Part shown: positions 42,601-53,362 of the stretch, in pieces | Layout: every line of letters starts with the position of its first letter | How positions within the stretch are numbered: the stretch's first letter is position 1 | Origin: Spirochaetia bacterium | Lineage (GTDB): Bacteria > Spirochaetota > Spirochaetia > SZUA-6 > Bin103 | NCBI GenBank assembly: GCA_965203905.1 | Contig: CBDBDQ010000005.1 | Coordinates: forward strand, 1,216,001 to 1,280,000 | Reading direction: 5' to 3' | DNA: 64,000 nt | Translations under genes and position numbers: made by a program | Notes under the pieces: generated by a model | What the model saw: only the letters and a program-made list of their open reading frames with translations | What the model was told of the DNA's origin: nothing | The model's database searches: none

Positions 42601-44737
42601 CACCGCTGTTGAAACTGAGCGACGCAGATGAACCTGGGCTACCGCCTTCGTCGGCTACTTCGACTGCGCTACCGGATACGGCGACGCTTACGTTAACGGA
42701 CGTTCCCGGATCCTCCCGCAGCCTAACCGTGTACGGTATTCCCTGCGACGCGGACTCCCTTAGACTTGCCGAGCTCCGTGAGATCAAAATGCCCGCCGTT
42801 CCGTCGTTGTCGTTGACCGTCACCGCCACGTTCTTCTGCGCGACGCGCTCGTAACCTCCGTCAGTAAACGTATGCTCGATGGTCGCAAGTCGCCGTCCGC
42901 CAGCGTTGTCGATCGTGTCCTCTACGGCGGTAACGGTCACGGTCTGTGCCACGTTCCAATCAGCGGCGGGGAAAGTCACGTTCTGAACGGTAGCTGTACT
43001 GGTATCGGTCGACGTGACGTTTACCGTCACGGTGGCGGTGGGTTCGGAGGTCAGCACGACCGTATAGGTCGCCGTTGTGCCCTCGACGATCGTCAGACGA
43101 GATTCGGAGAGTACTGCGCCAGCGACGTCGTTGTCGTTCACCGTCACCGCGACAGATTCGATGGTGTCATCACCTGCGGTGGTGTATCTGCCACCACTTG
43201 CCGTGTTCGTGATTTGCACCACCCGATTGGGGCCGTCATCGTCTATGTCGTCATCCTGAGCGGTAACGGTGACCGTCTGCGCCTTACTCCAGTCCGAGGC
43301 GGTGAACGTGAGCGTTGCCGGAGACACGTCAGCTACGGCGTCCCCCCCGTCACTCGCCACGTTCACGGTCACCGGATTATTGGATCGCAACGCCACCGTG
43401 TAGGTTGCGGTATTGCCCTCGTCGACCAGCGTGAGCGCCTTGGTAGAAAGCGCCAGCCCGGCGGTGTCGTCGTCCCTTAACCCCACCATCACGTCCAGCC
43501 CATCAGTTGTGACGTAGCCTCCGCCAGAAGGCCGGTGGGTTATTGTCGTCGTTCTTGCGTCGGTGGGGTCGTTGTCCACGTCATCATTGAAACCGGTGAC
43601 TGTAACGGTCTGTACCGTGTCCCAGTTGGCCGTGGTGAACGTCAGGAACTGGGGGCTGATCCTGACGTGGTTGGGTATATTCCTATTCAATTCCACGGTG
43701 ACAGTACTACCGGCGGGTTCGGGTTCGGACATCAACTTCACCGTGTAGGTCGTCTGTTGGCCTTCAGTGACAACCGGGTCTGTGGGAGAAACGACGAGTC
43801 CCTTGGTTTCATCATGTGGGGTTGCAGTTTGCCCTGCGTCTGCCACATTCACCGTCACCATACCAGCCTCGTCGGTCCCGTAGCCGCCACCGGTCGGCAA
43901 GTGGTTGATGGTCACCGATCGGGCAGGGTCATTGTCTACTTTATCGTCCACGCCGGTTACGGTAACCGTCTGCACGTCCATCCACTTCGCCGGGGAGAAC
44001 GTCAACACTGCAGGACTCACCGTGGCGGCGCTGGTATCGCTACTGACTACGTCCACGATCACGTCATCCGTGGGCTTACTAGCCAGCCTCACGAAGTAGG
44101 ACTCCTTCTGGTCCGGACCTCCCTCGTTGACCCCGACCGCATCGGAATCGGACAGCACCGTGGGTGGGTCCATTTGGTCAGAATAAAATAGCAGACCTGC
44201 TACGTCATTGTTGTAGAGGGTCACCTCTACGGACTTGGCAGCGCTGAAACCGCCACCGCTGGGCGTGTTGGTGATATCCACCACGCGCTCGTCACCGGCG
44301 TTGTCCACTTCGTCGTCTACGCCGGCAACGGTAACCTCCTGATCCATGTACCAGTCGGCGGCCGTGAACGTCAGCGTATCAGGACTCACGGTAGCGATTG
44401 CTTTGTCAGCGCTCGCCACGGTGACGGTCACGTCGCTGCTCGGCTGTGTGCTCAGCTTTACTTCGTAGGTAGTGGTGTTGCCCGGGGCGACCTCGGTGAC
44501 CGTCAGCGGGGACTCCGAAGGCGTAAACACCAGGACCCGTTGCACCTGCGCGGCGGCCACAGTCGGCAGGGCCAGGAGCAGGGCGGTGGCCAGGAGCGGG
44601 AGGGCGGCTCCCGTCAGTCTTCGTCGCAGCGTTTCCGTAAAGGTGGAGGCAGGTGTGCGCATCTCACTCCTATTTTCGGCACATTGGGTTGCATTGCTGG
44701 ATAGAAACGTTCGCAGATTGGTGCTAGTCGCGTGCAT
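36663..44737 (-). CDS. Giant Calx-beta/Ig-like repeat adhesin with C-terminal autotransporter-type beta-barrel; 1-nt frameshift near 39553
   Basis: Signal peptide; many YTV.L..P..V.V / LTFT..W...QTVTV and GT.LTFAAGET..DD.YE.DET repeats; ARFGR linker and barrel; adding one C at gcccgggc restores GMLTFAPGEDSQTITVMVYGD. Confidence 0.8.
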
Positions 44738-45124
44738 CGGGGTCCCTCCCTGGCTCCCGACACCGGGGGTGCCGAGTCCTTCCGCTCAAGAGCGTGCTGA
44801 ATGCACACCGATCCTGTCGCGGCGGGTTAACCGCTTCAGGTCGAGTCATGATCCAGCATAATTAGTCGCTGAGGATACCCAGAATGCAGAAAAACTGTCA
44901 ACTGCCTGTTTTGCGCTTTTCAGACGGACAGAATGACATGACTCGGCGCGGCCGAAGCGTCAGCCTCCGGGCAGTTCTAACGATCGGCGGCTACCGTTCC
45001 GCGAAGCGAATCCCGGCGTCGGCCGGAGGTGGCGGGGCTTGGGAGTCGACCTGGCCTATGATCTCGTGCGCGAGTGGATGGATGATGACCGGGGGCGTAC
45101 TCCTGCCACTCGTGCACGGGCGCG

Positions 45125-46270
45125 TCAGTTGCCGCGCGTCTCAGGACGCGGATGGCGCCGAAATCGCGCTCCTGCGAATAGCCCGGGACCGCCAACTCGG
45201 GATCCGCAGTAACCAGGTGCGTGACCGCCGCCGAGACTGTCGCAACGTCGCGGTTGATGGCATGTCCGTGGAAGTGTCGTAGAACGGGATCGCGCGATGC
45301 AGGTAGTAGTAGCCCGACAGGTTGAAGTAGTAGCGGTCCACCTGCCGGCGGCGACGCCGGGCGCACGGGATAGGTAGCGGTAGACGGCGAAGATCGGATC
45401 CTGGTTGCGCACGAAACGCACCAGTGCGGTCTCCCAAGACCAGGCTTGATACACGCGTTCCTGGTACGGAGCGTGTTCAGCACGCCGGCCGCGGAAACTG
45501 CCGCGAACAGAGCCGCCGCTACTCCCGCCACCAGGCGTGAGCGGTCCTCGCTCCCCCGCGCGAGCTGCCACCCAGCCCGCGAAGCGCGTCACCAGGTCAG
45601 CGCCGAGCAGCAGCCACAGCGGAATGACCGCGAAGATGAAGCGGTACTCCTTGTGCGTCTGCAGGGAGTGGCTCAGCAGGACCAGGGAAATCAGCGCCAG
45701 CAGTAGCCCTATCGTCGCGGCCAGCAGTAGGGGCGCGGTGGCCACGAACTCGGTCATCGGCTTGTGCGCGAACCCGACCAACTCGTACCAGAATGCGCCG
45801 GCCAGCAGCGCCGCCCGCGCCGCGGCCTCGCTGAAGTGGCGGCGCGCAAACCGGTACATGCCCACCGGGATCGCCCGCGATAGCGCGCAGAGCAGCAGCT
45901 TGACGGCGCCCACGTACCACCACGGCTGGCCCAGGCCCACCACGTCGAACAGCTTCAGCACCCCGGCCACCACGCCGGCACCAGCCACGAGCGCGCGCTG
46001 TAGAAATACTCCCAGTAGATCACGCCGTTGCCGAACGCCAGGCGGTGGGCCGGCTCCAGGTACTGCATGATCTCGTCCGGGCAGCACGAAGTCGCCAGCC
46101 AGGGCGATGGCCGCACGCACGCCAAAGGCAAGCGCAAGCACCGCCGGCAGGTAGTTCCAGGACGGCTCGGCGGGCACGCGCGCATGCAGCAGCGCCTCCC
46201 CCTGTGCCGCGGCCGTTCGTGCGAGCGCCTTCGCTCGCGCTTTCAACCAGGTCCGACCGGCAGCCTCCAT
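45125..46270 (-). pseudogene. Alg9/PIG-B-like (GT22) mannosyltransferase, fragmented
   Basis: PDEIMQYLEPAHRLAFGNG..WEY..ARSWLVP and HKEYRF in different frames; internal deletion. Confidence 0.7.
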
Positions 46271-46430
46271 TCAAGGCAGCCTATCAGGGCTGCCGGTCCT
46301 CCCGACTGGGTTTGCCCGCGACGCGCGCGGTTGCGTTGCGTTGCGGCGATGCGGTGGCAGTAGGCGGGTACCGGCCACGCGGATATGATTCGTATGCCCG
46401 GTAGCGGAGCGTTCCAGCGGGAGGATTTCT

Positions 46431-47552
46431 TTGAACAAGGACACTTCCACACCACGGGTGTGCTTCGTGATCCCAACCTACAACGAAGCGGACAACATCA
46501 CGCTCCTGTTGCAGCGGCTGAGCGAGCTTTATCGGGACCCGAGCATGATGTTCCTGGTGGTGGACGACGAGAGCCCCGACGGTACCGGACGCCTGGTGCG
46601 GGAGTTTGCGGCGGGAGATGCCCGCGTGCACCTGCTGGAGGGCAAGAAGCGCGGGCTGGGGGCCGCCTACGTACGCGGGATCACGCATGCCATGGATCAG
46701 CTCGATGCCGAGGTGGTGATCCAGATGGACGCCGACTTCTCGCACGACCCGGCGGACGCCGGCCGGCTGGTGGCGCGGGTGGCGGCGGACGCCGACGTGG
46801 CGATCGGCAGCCGCTATGTCCCCGGCGGCTCGGTGGACGAGAGCTGGGGCTTTCGGCGCCGGCAGCTCTCGCTGTGGGGCAACCGCCTGGCGCGCTGGAT
46901 CGCCGGCTTGAGAGGGGTGCGCGACTGCACCGCCGGCTTCAAGGCGATCAGGACGACGGCGCTGAGGGCGGCGAAGGTGGCGGAGATCAGCGTGCTCGGC
47001 TATGCTTTTCAGGTGGCCCTGCTGCACCGCCTGCTGCATGCCGGGGCGCGGGTGGTGGAGGAGCCGATCTACTTCCGCGACCGCGAGCGCGGGGTGACCA
47101 AGCTCGGCATGGACAGCATGCTGGAGTTCTTCTACCACATCTGGTGGCTGCGCCTGACCACCCATCGGACCTTCATCAAGTTCGCTTTGACGGGGCTCAG
47201 CGGGGTGTTCGTCAACCTGGGCTCGTTCCAGCTCCTGACCGTCCTTGGCGTGCACCGCTACCTTGCCTCGCCGATCGCTATCGAGCTGTCCATCATCTCC
47301 AACTTCCTGATCAACAACTACTGGACCTTCGCCGACCGCGAGCTGACCGGCGCCAGGCGGATCCGCGGCCTGAAGTTCCACTTGGTCTCGCTGCTGTCGC
47401 TGGCGGTGAGTTACGGCACCTTTCTGCTGCTGTCGCTGCTGCTGCCGCAGGTGACGCCGGTATGGCTGCAGGGACTGGCGATCGTGCCGGCGGTGCTGGT
47501 CAACTATGGCCTCAACTCCTCGTGGACGTTTCGCGAGTCGAACCGCGAGTAG
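46431..47552 (+). CDS. Polyprenol-phosphate-mannose synthase (DPM1-like GT2) fused to a GtrA domain
   Basis: IPTYNEADN, VDDESPDGT, GLGAAY, MDADFSHDP, GSRY, D.TAGFK, GYAFQV; GtrA-type FIKFAL.G..NF.IN..WTF. Confidence 0.9.
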   Translation: MNKDTSTPRVCFVIPTYNEADNITLLLQRLSELYRDPSMMFLVVDDESPDGTGRLVREFAAGDARVHLLEGKKRGLGAAYVRGITHAMDQLDAEVVIQMDADFSHDPADAGRLVARVAADADVAIGSRYVPGGSVDESWGFRRRQLSLWGNRLARWIAGLRGVRDCTAGFKAIRTTALRAAKVAEISVLGYAFQVALLHRLLHAGARVVEEPIYFRDRERGVTKLGMDSMLEFFYHIWWLRLTTHRTFIKFALTGLSGVFVNLGSFQLLTVLGVHRYLASPIAIELSIISNFLINNYWTFADRELTGARRIRGLKFHLVSLLSLAVSYGTFLLLSLLLPQVTPVWLQGLAIVPAVLVNYGLNSSWTFRESNRE

Positions 47553-47604
47553 GGGCTGAGCGAACCCCGCCCAGCGGGGCGTCACACCGGTCCTGAAGCG
47601 GGAG

Positions 47605-49317
47605 ATGACGCCAAGAGCAATAGCAGGGGTGTGGTACGCGGTACGGGCGCGGCCGTGGCTGGCCCCGCTGGCGCTGTGCCTGCCGGTGCTGGTGAGCTAC
47701 CTGCCGGCGATGCTGTGGGGCGACTTCGTCTGGGACGACCTGATGATGGTCCGCACCCCGGCGGTGCGCGAGGCGGGCGGGCTGCGGACGATCTGGTTGG
47801 CGCCGGACCAGATCAAGGCCGAGGGCCATTACTGGCCGCTGGTCTATACCCTGTTCTGGCTGCAGCACAAGCTGTGGGGCTTCCACCCGGCCGGCTACCA
47901 CGTCGTCAACGTCCTGCTGCACCTGGCCAACACGCTGTTGCTGTGGCAGCTTCTGCGGCGCCTGGCGGTGCCCGGAGCCTGGGTCGTGGCCGCGGTGTTC
48001 TCGGTCCATCCCGTGCGCGTCGAGTCGGTGGCGTGGGTGATCGAGCTCAAGGATGTGCTCTCCGGCCTGCTCTACCTGTCGGCGGCGCTGGCATGGCTGC
48101 GCTTCACCGAGGCGCCGCGGCCGCGGTGGTACGTGGCGTCGGTCGCACTGTACGCCGCCGGCCTGCTGGCCAAGTCGGTGGTGGTCACGCTGCCGGCAGC
48201 CCTGCTGATCCGGCAGTGGTGGAAACAGGGCCGCGTGACCGTGACCGATCTGCTGCGGATGGCGCCGTTCTTCGTGGTGGGCGCGGCCATCACGGCCGCG
48301 GACCTGGCGTTCAACCGATCGCGCGGAGTGGGTGGCTTCGGCTACTCGCTGCTGGAGCGCACCCTGATCGCCGCACGCGCCGTGTGGTTCTACGTGGGCA
48401 AGATCTTCTGGCCGGTCGACGTGGGCCTGATCTACCCGCACTGGGAAGTGAGAGCCGGGGATCCCCTGGCTTGGGCGGGCCTGGCAGGCATAGCCGGCCT
48501 CGTTGCCGCGCTCTGGTTGCTGCGCCACAAGATCGGACGCGGTCCGTTGGCAGGGGTGCTGTTCTTCGGCGTGACGCTGTCGCCGACGCTGGGTTTCGTG
48601 GACTACCACTACATGCTGTCGTCGTTCGTGGCGGACCGCTTTCAGTACCTCGCCGGCATCGGCGTGCTGGCGGTCCTCATTGGGGCCGCCGCGCGCGGTC
48701 TCAGTGCCGATCGTGGCACCGACGGGCCACGGCACTTCGCGTTGACCGCGGTGCTGGTCGCCGCCCTGCTGGGCGTGCTGGGAACGTTGACCTGGCAGCA
48801 CGCGGCCAAGTACCGGGACGGCATCACGTTCTTCCGCTACATCATCGCGCACCACCCGCAGGCACGCGAAGCGCACCTCAATCTCGGCAGCGCGCTACTG
48901 CAGTGGAACCGGCTGGAAGAGGCTCTCGGTGCCTACCGCGTCGCCGAGCAGCAGCGCCCGGAGGACTGCAAGCCCCCGTACGGCGCCGGTCTGGCGCTGT
49001 ATCACCTGGGACGGCTGGAAGAAGCAGAGGATGCTTACCTCCGCGCCCTGCAAACCTGCCCGCGCTACGGCGCCGCGCTTGCGGATCTGGGCGAACTGCG
49101 GCTCACTCGGCAGCGTTACGAAGCAGCCCTGGCAGCGTTACAGACCGCCACCGAAATCAACCCGGCCAACGTGGACGTCTGGATCAACCACGGCCTCGCA
49201 TTGCATCACCTTGGGCGATCCGACGAGGCACTGCAGAGCCTGGACCGCGCGCTGGCGCTCGACCCGAACCTGCACAGAGCGCATGACGTCCGCGCGCAAG
49301 TGCTGCGAGACTCGTAA
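47605..49317 (+). CDS. TMTC-like GT-C glycosyltransferase with TPR tail
   Basis: FVWDD, YWPL, YHVVNVLLH.AN, HPVRVESVAWVIE.KD, ADRFQYL, TPRs. Confidence 0.85.
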   Translation: MTPRAIAGVWYAVRARPWLAPLALCLPVLVSYLPAMLWGDFVWDDLMMVRTPAVREAGGLRTIWLAPDQIKAEGHYWPLVYTLFWLQHKLWGFHPAGYHVVNVLLHLANTLLLWQLLRRLAVPGAWVVAAVFSVHPVRVESVAWVIELKDVLSGLLYLSAALAWLRFTEAPRPRWYVASVALYAAGLLAKSVVVTLPAALLIRQWWKQGRVTVTDLLRMAPFFVVGAAITAADLAFNRSRGVGGFGYSLLERTLIAARAVWFYVGKIFWPVDVGLIYPHWEVRAGDPLAWAGLAGIAGLVAALWLLRHKIGRGPLAGVLFFGVTLSPTLGFVDYHYMLSSFVADRFQYLAGIGVLAVLIGAAARGLSADRGTDGPRHFALTAVLVAALLGVLGTLTWQHAAKYRDGITFFRYIIAHHPQAREAHLNLGSALLQWNRLEEALGAYRVAEQQRPEDCKPPYGAGLALYHLGRLEEAEDAYLRALQTCPRYGAALADLGELRLTRQRYEAALAALQTATEINPANVDVWINHGLALHHLGRSDEALQSLDRALALDPNLHRAHDVRAQVLRDS

Positions 49318-49544
49318 CGTTATGGTATCGTCGCTGGATCGGCTCTTCGTCACCTTACTTAGTCCAGGTGTTATTCCCTCGGCGTCCAGAGGATCCGGAT
49401 ACCGCTGTAAGCGACCTCACTGACCATCTGCCTGCATCGGTGATGAGCGACACAGTGCGAGGACATCGTCCCAACGGATAGTGCCCGTGATGCCAAGGCG
49501 CGCTGAAGAGCCCCCGCGTCTTGCTCAGCGACAATCCCATACGG

Positions 49545-49899
49545 TCCGCCTTCCCCCGTGTTCGGGCTTCGGTCCTGTCGAGTCGACCTACTGTGCTGTT
49601 CCCTCTGCTGACCTTCTGACATCTCAGCCGCGCTCTCGACGCATGCCGCGCTCTCTGACGGCGTTCTGTCAGACCTCCCCAGGATTAGGGGACTTCCACG
49701 CCCTCGTCCCCCGCGGCTGCCTTTCGTATGCAATTCCTGTTCGTCAGGCCAGCGATTTACTTCCGGCTTCCTTCAGGCCCGCCTTACGACGGGCACCCTT
49801 GCCTCTCGCTAACCGTTCCCTTGTCGGCCTGATAGAGGACTTGCGGTCTTCCGCGCGACCCCCGCTCACCTCGAAGTGAAAGCCCATGGTTGGGCGCAC
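49545..49899 (-). mobile_element. Group IIC intron 5' fragment (domains I-III), no RT ORF or domain V seen
   Basis: Starts GTGCGCCC..CATGGG; contains gttagc..gcaagggtg..ctgaaggaagc..ctgacgaaca and gtcagcagagg..gaagcccgaac typical of IIC DI/DIII; sits right after a terminator. Confidence 0.75.
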
Positions 49900-49938
49900 A
49901 AAAAAGGAAGGGGCCGACGAACGATGTCCGCCGACCCC
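49900..49938 (-). terminator. Rho-independent terminator of the collagen-like gene
   Basis: GGGGTCGGCGGA-CATCG-TTCGTCGGCCCC-TTCCTTTTTT on the minus strand. Confidence 0.8.
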
Positions 49939-49975
49939 ATCCAACTTTCCCCCTTGGTGGGGAAGAGCTAACGCG

Positions 49976-51394
49976 TTACTCTGGCAGAACAGTCACAGTG
50001 AACGTGTCTGCTACGGTCTGTCCGAAACCGATGTGAGTATCAACGTCACTATCACTATCGGTATCAGTAGGCTCCTTCGCTGTCACCGTAACAGTTGTCA
50101 TTCCCGCCTTAAGCGGATTGATTCGTAATCCATGGACTCCTGCATCGCACCCACCAGTAGCATTAACCGCCGTCGGCGCCGAGAGGACACCGGCAGTGTC
50201 CGTGACACAGACTACCGAGACCCCAATGTTCTTATTGCTGATAGCGCTCTCATACGTGAGGGCTCCATCCTCGGGATCCTCGAAATGACCGTCGATCCGT
50301 GCCAACCTCAGAGGAGACGACGCGGTCTCCGACAACCTGATAGCTACATCGCGCAACGTGCCAGTGCTGCTCAGCTTCGGAGCCTCATTGACTGAGACGG
50401 TGAAAAGGGACGCCAAGGCCTTGGTCAGACCACCGCTATCGGTTGCCGTCACATCGACAGCAATCGGTTGCTCTTCTGTTCCCGTCGGTCCGGTCCGAGT
50501 AGACTTCAGCCCCTGGACCATGAGGTTTTTCCCGCTCATGACCATTATGAAAGATCCCTTCCCGGCAATGTTCGTTACACCTGAGAGGGTAAGAGCGTCG
50601 TCGTCCATGAAGGCGCCAGCGACACCCGCAGCTGCCGGCTTAGAAGCATTCGGATGCTGAGTGCCAACCCAGAGGACATCGAGAGCAGTGGTAGGAGCGG
50701 TCCCGTCAGGCGCCTTGTTACGCCGCACGGCAACGTCCTTCTTTTCCGATCCGCCATCGCTATCGCCAATGGTAACGGACACCGTGTAATCCGAGTACGG
50801 GAAGTTCACATTGTGAACAAGCGCCACGGACAGCATTCCGTCTGCGGTCACTGACGCGTCCACCGCGTCTGGAGAAGACGTCACTTCGTACGTATAGGGG
50901 GCTACGCCGCCACTCACCAGGCCCGACAAATCGCGCACCATGGCATCGGTGTCCAGCACCTTCCCCGCCTTGTCGTTGAAGACAAATGCATCAATCGCCT
51001 TCACGGCAAACGGACTGATGCCGATCGGTCCTGCGGGTCCTTGCGGCCCTTCCGGTCCTTGCGACCCTTCGGGTCCTGCCGGTCCTTCGGGTCCTTGTGG
51101 TCCTTCCGGTCCTACTGGCCCTTCCGGTCCTGCGGGTCCTTCCGGTCCCATTTCACCCTGCGGGCCTTGCGGTCCCGTTTCACCCTGTGGGCCTGCGGGT
51201 CCTGCCGGTCCTGCGGGGCCCGTTTCGCCCTGCGGCCCAGCCGGTCCGGTGGGTCCAACGGGGCCGGTCACGCCCCCGGGGCCCTCACACGCTACCCAGG
51301 CAAAAGCGGTAATGAGCGAAATGACGCCGAGTGTCAGCCAGCGCCTTACTATTTTTTCGGTCACTTTGTACCTCGTGTATGAAACGTGGCGCAT
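49976..51394 (-). CDS. Collagen-like (Gly-Pro-X) lipoprotein with Ig/cadherin-like C-terminal domains
   Basis: WVAC lipobox, ~27 GXY triplets, NKAP/NEAP and [10 protein letters not shown] motifs. Confidence 0.8.
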   Translation of the reverse strand: MRHVSYTRYKVTEKIVRRWLTLGVISLITAFAWVACEGPGGVTGPVGPTGPAGPQGETGPAGPAGPAGPQGETGPQGPQGEMGPEGPAGPEGPVGPEGPQGPEGPAGPEGSQGPEGPQGPAGPIGISPFAVKAIDAFVFNDKAGKVLDTDAMVRDLSGLVSGGVAPYTYEVTSSPDAVDASVTADGMLSVALVHNVNFPYSDYTVSVTIGDSDGGSEKKDVAVRRNKAPDGTAPTTALDVLWVGTQHPNASKPAAAGVAGAFMDDDALTLSGVTNIAGKGSFIMVMSGKNLMVQGLKSTRTGPTGTEEQPIAVDVTATDSGGLTKALASLFTVSVNEAPKLSSTGTLRDVAIRLSETASSPLRLARIDGHFEDPEDGALTYESAISNKNIGVSVVCVTDTAGVLSAPTAVNATGGCDAGVHGLRINPLKAGMTTVTVTAKEPTDTDSDSDVDTHIGFGQTVADTFTVTVLPE

Positions 51395-51396
51395 CA

Positions 51397-51627
51397 CTAC
51401 GCCGTCGATCGCTCAGGCATCACCTGAGCTCCTTTGCCGATGGCCTTGCGGCCCTTGGTGCCCTCGCCATTAGGTGGCCCTGTCTGCCCCACCTCCTCTT
51501 CGTCGTAGGCCGCGTCCTCGATCATCTTCTCGACCGCGGCCCTTACATGTGGAAGGCGTTCGGCGACCATGTACCGCCGCGCGAGATCGAAATGCCGCGC
51601 GGTAAGCGATACTCTGTGCACAGTCAC
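51397..51627 (-). CDS. Small protein, possible ribbon-helix-helix regulator
   Basis: GGAGG RBS + GTG 51627; stop overlaps the collagen gene start; beta-alpha-alpha-like pattern (inference). Confidence 0.4.
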   Translation of the reverse strand: MTVHRVSLTARHFDLARRYMVAERLPHVRAAVEKMIEDAAYDEEEVGQTGPPNGEGTKGRKAIGKGAQVMPERSTA

Positions 51628-51642
51628 GTACCTCCGGGCGTT

Positions 51643-51672
51643 GTTGTACATCAGGAACCTGAGGTATGTCAA
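51643..51672 (-). promoter_or_regulatory. Sigma70-type promoter
   Basis: TTGACA-18 nt-TACAAC upstream of the 51627 RBS. Confidence 0.55.
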
Positions 51673-52108
51673 CACCCTGTGAAGAATTTCGTGAGCAGCA
51701 TGCCTTCCGGCTACACTACCAGGCGATAGACCCAGCGGTGGCCGGGTCCCCTGAGTAGATTTTCGGCACGTAGTGCCGGTTCCTTGACTTTGCCTGCAAC
51801 TCCCCTCCCTGTCGCGCATTACCATAATGACCCACGGGCTGCCAAGTCAAGCACGCCGATTTGCCGGCGAGTCCCGGTGAACAACGCCGCGCAGCGCGCC
51901 CGCTCCGAACCCGTCGAGCACCGCTTAACTATTTTCATAGAACAAGTTGCATCACTCGTCCATGGGTCCCACGATGCTGGCACCTGCCGCGATGGTGCCA
52001 GGCCGCCCACCCTGTCTCCCCGTATTGCGCCGCCGCCCCATGAGGCCCCGGCGGCGGCCGGAGCCGCTCCGCTCGGCGCCGGGCGGTGGTTCTGGTATGT
52101 TGGTGGCG

Positions 52109-52753
52109 ATGCAACCGGTGCCCATGTCGCGGCAAGGTTCAGGTCGCCGGGTTCGCTGCTCCGGGTCGGCAGGAAACGGGAGGGCGGGCGGCGGCCGGAG
52201 CAGGGCGGCCGTCACCCTGTTAGCCGCCCTGCTGACCGCGTGCAGCTTCGAATACTCCGATGCCGACGCATCACCCACGCAACTGCTTGGGCACATACCC
52301 GAAACCGAGCTCACCGAGGTAACCCACACCATCGTACGCAACGGGCGCGTGGCGGCGGAGTTCCGCGCCCGGCAGGTGCGCAACTTCCCCCGCGCGGGGC
52401 GCACGGAGCTGGATGCGGTGAACTACTCCGAATTCGACCGCAATGGCACTCTGGTGACCGCCGGCAACGCCGACCGCGCCGTGTACTTCACTGAGCGCGA
52501 GGACGCCGAGGTGGCCGGCGCGATCCGCCTGCGCTCCCAGTCGCAGGGCGTCTGGCTGGAAGCCGAGACCCTGCGCTGGGAGGATGCCAGCCACCGGCTG
52601 TCCTCCGGCCCCGAGGAGACGGTGGCGGTTACCCGCGACGACGGCTCGCAGGTGACCGGGGTCGGTCTCCAGGTCGACGTGCGCCGCAAGACCATCCGCT
52701 TCTCGGGACCCGTCAGTGGGACCCTGGTCGCGGAAACGAGCGCGGAGGAGTAG
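52109..52753 (+). CDS. lptC: LPS export periplasmic protein LptC-like
   Basis: LTAC lipobox-like segment, beta-jellyroll pattern (LEAETLRWE..LSS..EETV.VTRDDGS.VTG.GL). Confidence 0.7.
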   Translation: MQPVPMSRQGSGRRVRCSGSAGNGRAGGGRSRAAVTLLAALLTACSFEYSDADASPTQLLGHIPETELTEVTHTIVRNGRVAAEFRARQVRNFPRAGRTELDAVNYSEFDRNGTLVTAGNADRAVYFTEREDAEVAGAIRLRSQSQGVWLEAETLRWEDASHRLSSGPEETVAVTRDDGSQVTGVGLQVDVRRKTIRFSGPVSGTLVAETSAEE

Positions 52754-53362
52754 GCGGGAGGCCGCCGCCGGGAGGCGCGGGCGGGGCGGTGTGCGACCGC
52801 TACGGCAATCGGTCATGCGCGGCAGGCGCCGGCAGCCGAACCCGGCGCGTCGGGACCGCTGGCGTAGTTCATCGTGCGCAACGGTTGGGCGCGGGCTGGG
52901 GGTTGGGGCGCCGGCGGCTTCGCCTATGCCGCCGACGACCATGCCGCTGCCGCCATCACGGAGGCCTACGACACGACCCTGTAATGCCACGCTCCCGCAA
53001 CTCGCGCGAAAGCTCGGTAGTGCCTCATTGTGAATATGGGGAAGGGCAGCAGCCCGGCACTGGGCTGGGCTATTCGTCTTCGTCGGTGGTAAACGGGCTC
53101 TCCAACCCGATGCCGCTTGGTAAAGGAGCCTTCTTGCTTCCGCCGCACGCACCCTTGCGCGGGGCTTGGCGCCAAAGGCATCCAAGTCGCGACGACCTTG
53201 CTCGAAGGCCGTTGCTGAGGCACATAGCTCGCGCTCCATGGCAGGATCTGCGCTTCGAACCCGCGAATGGCAGCATCCGCCGGCGATGAGTAAGTTGCGC
53301 CATCCGCCTCTCCTGATGGATGTATTGGGATGCGCAGGGAGCTGCGACTCGGAGGTACGACC

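Noticed and set aside
49320-49899. Diversity-generating retroelement or retron
   Set aside because: No reverse transcriptase in the window and no adenine-specific TR/VR pair seen; the RNA matches a group IIC intron 5' end
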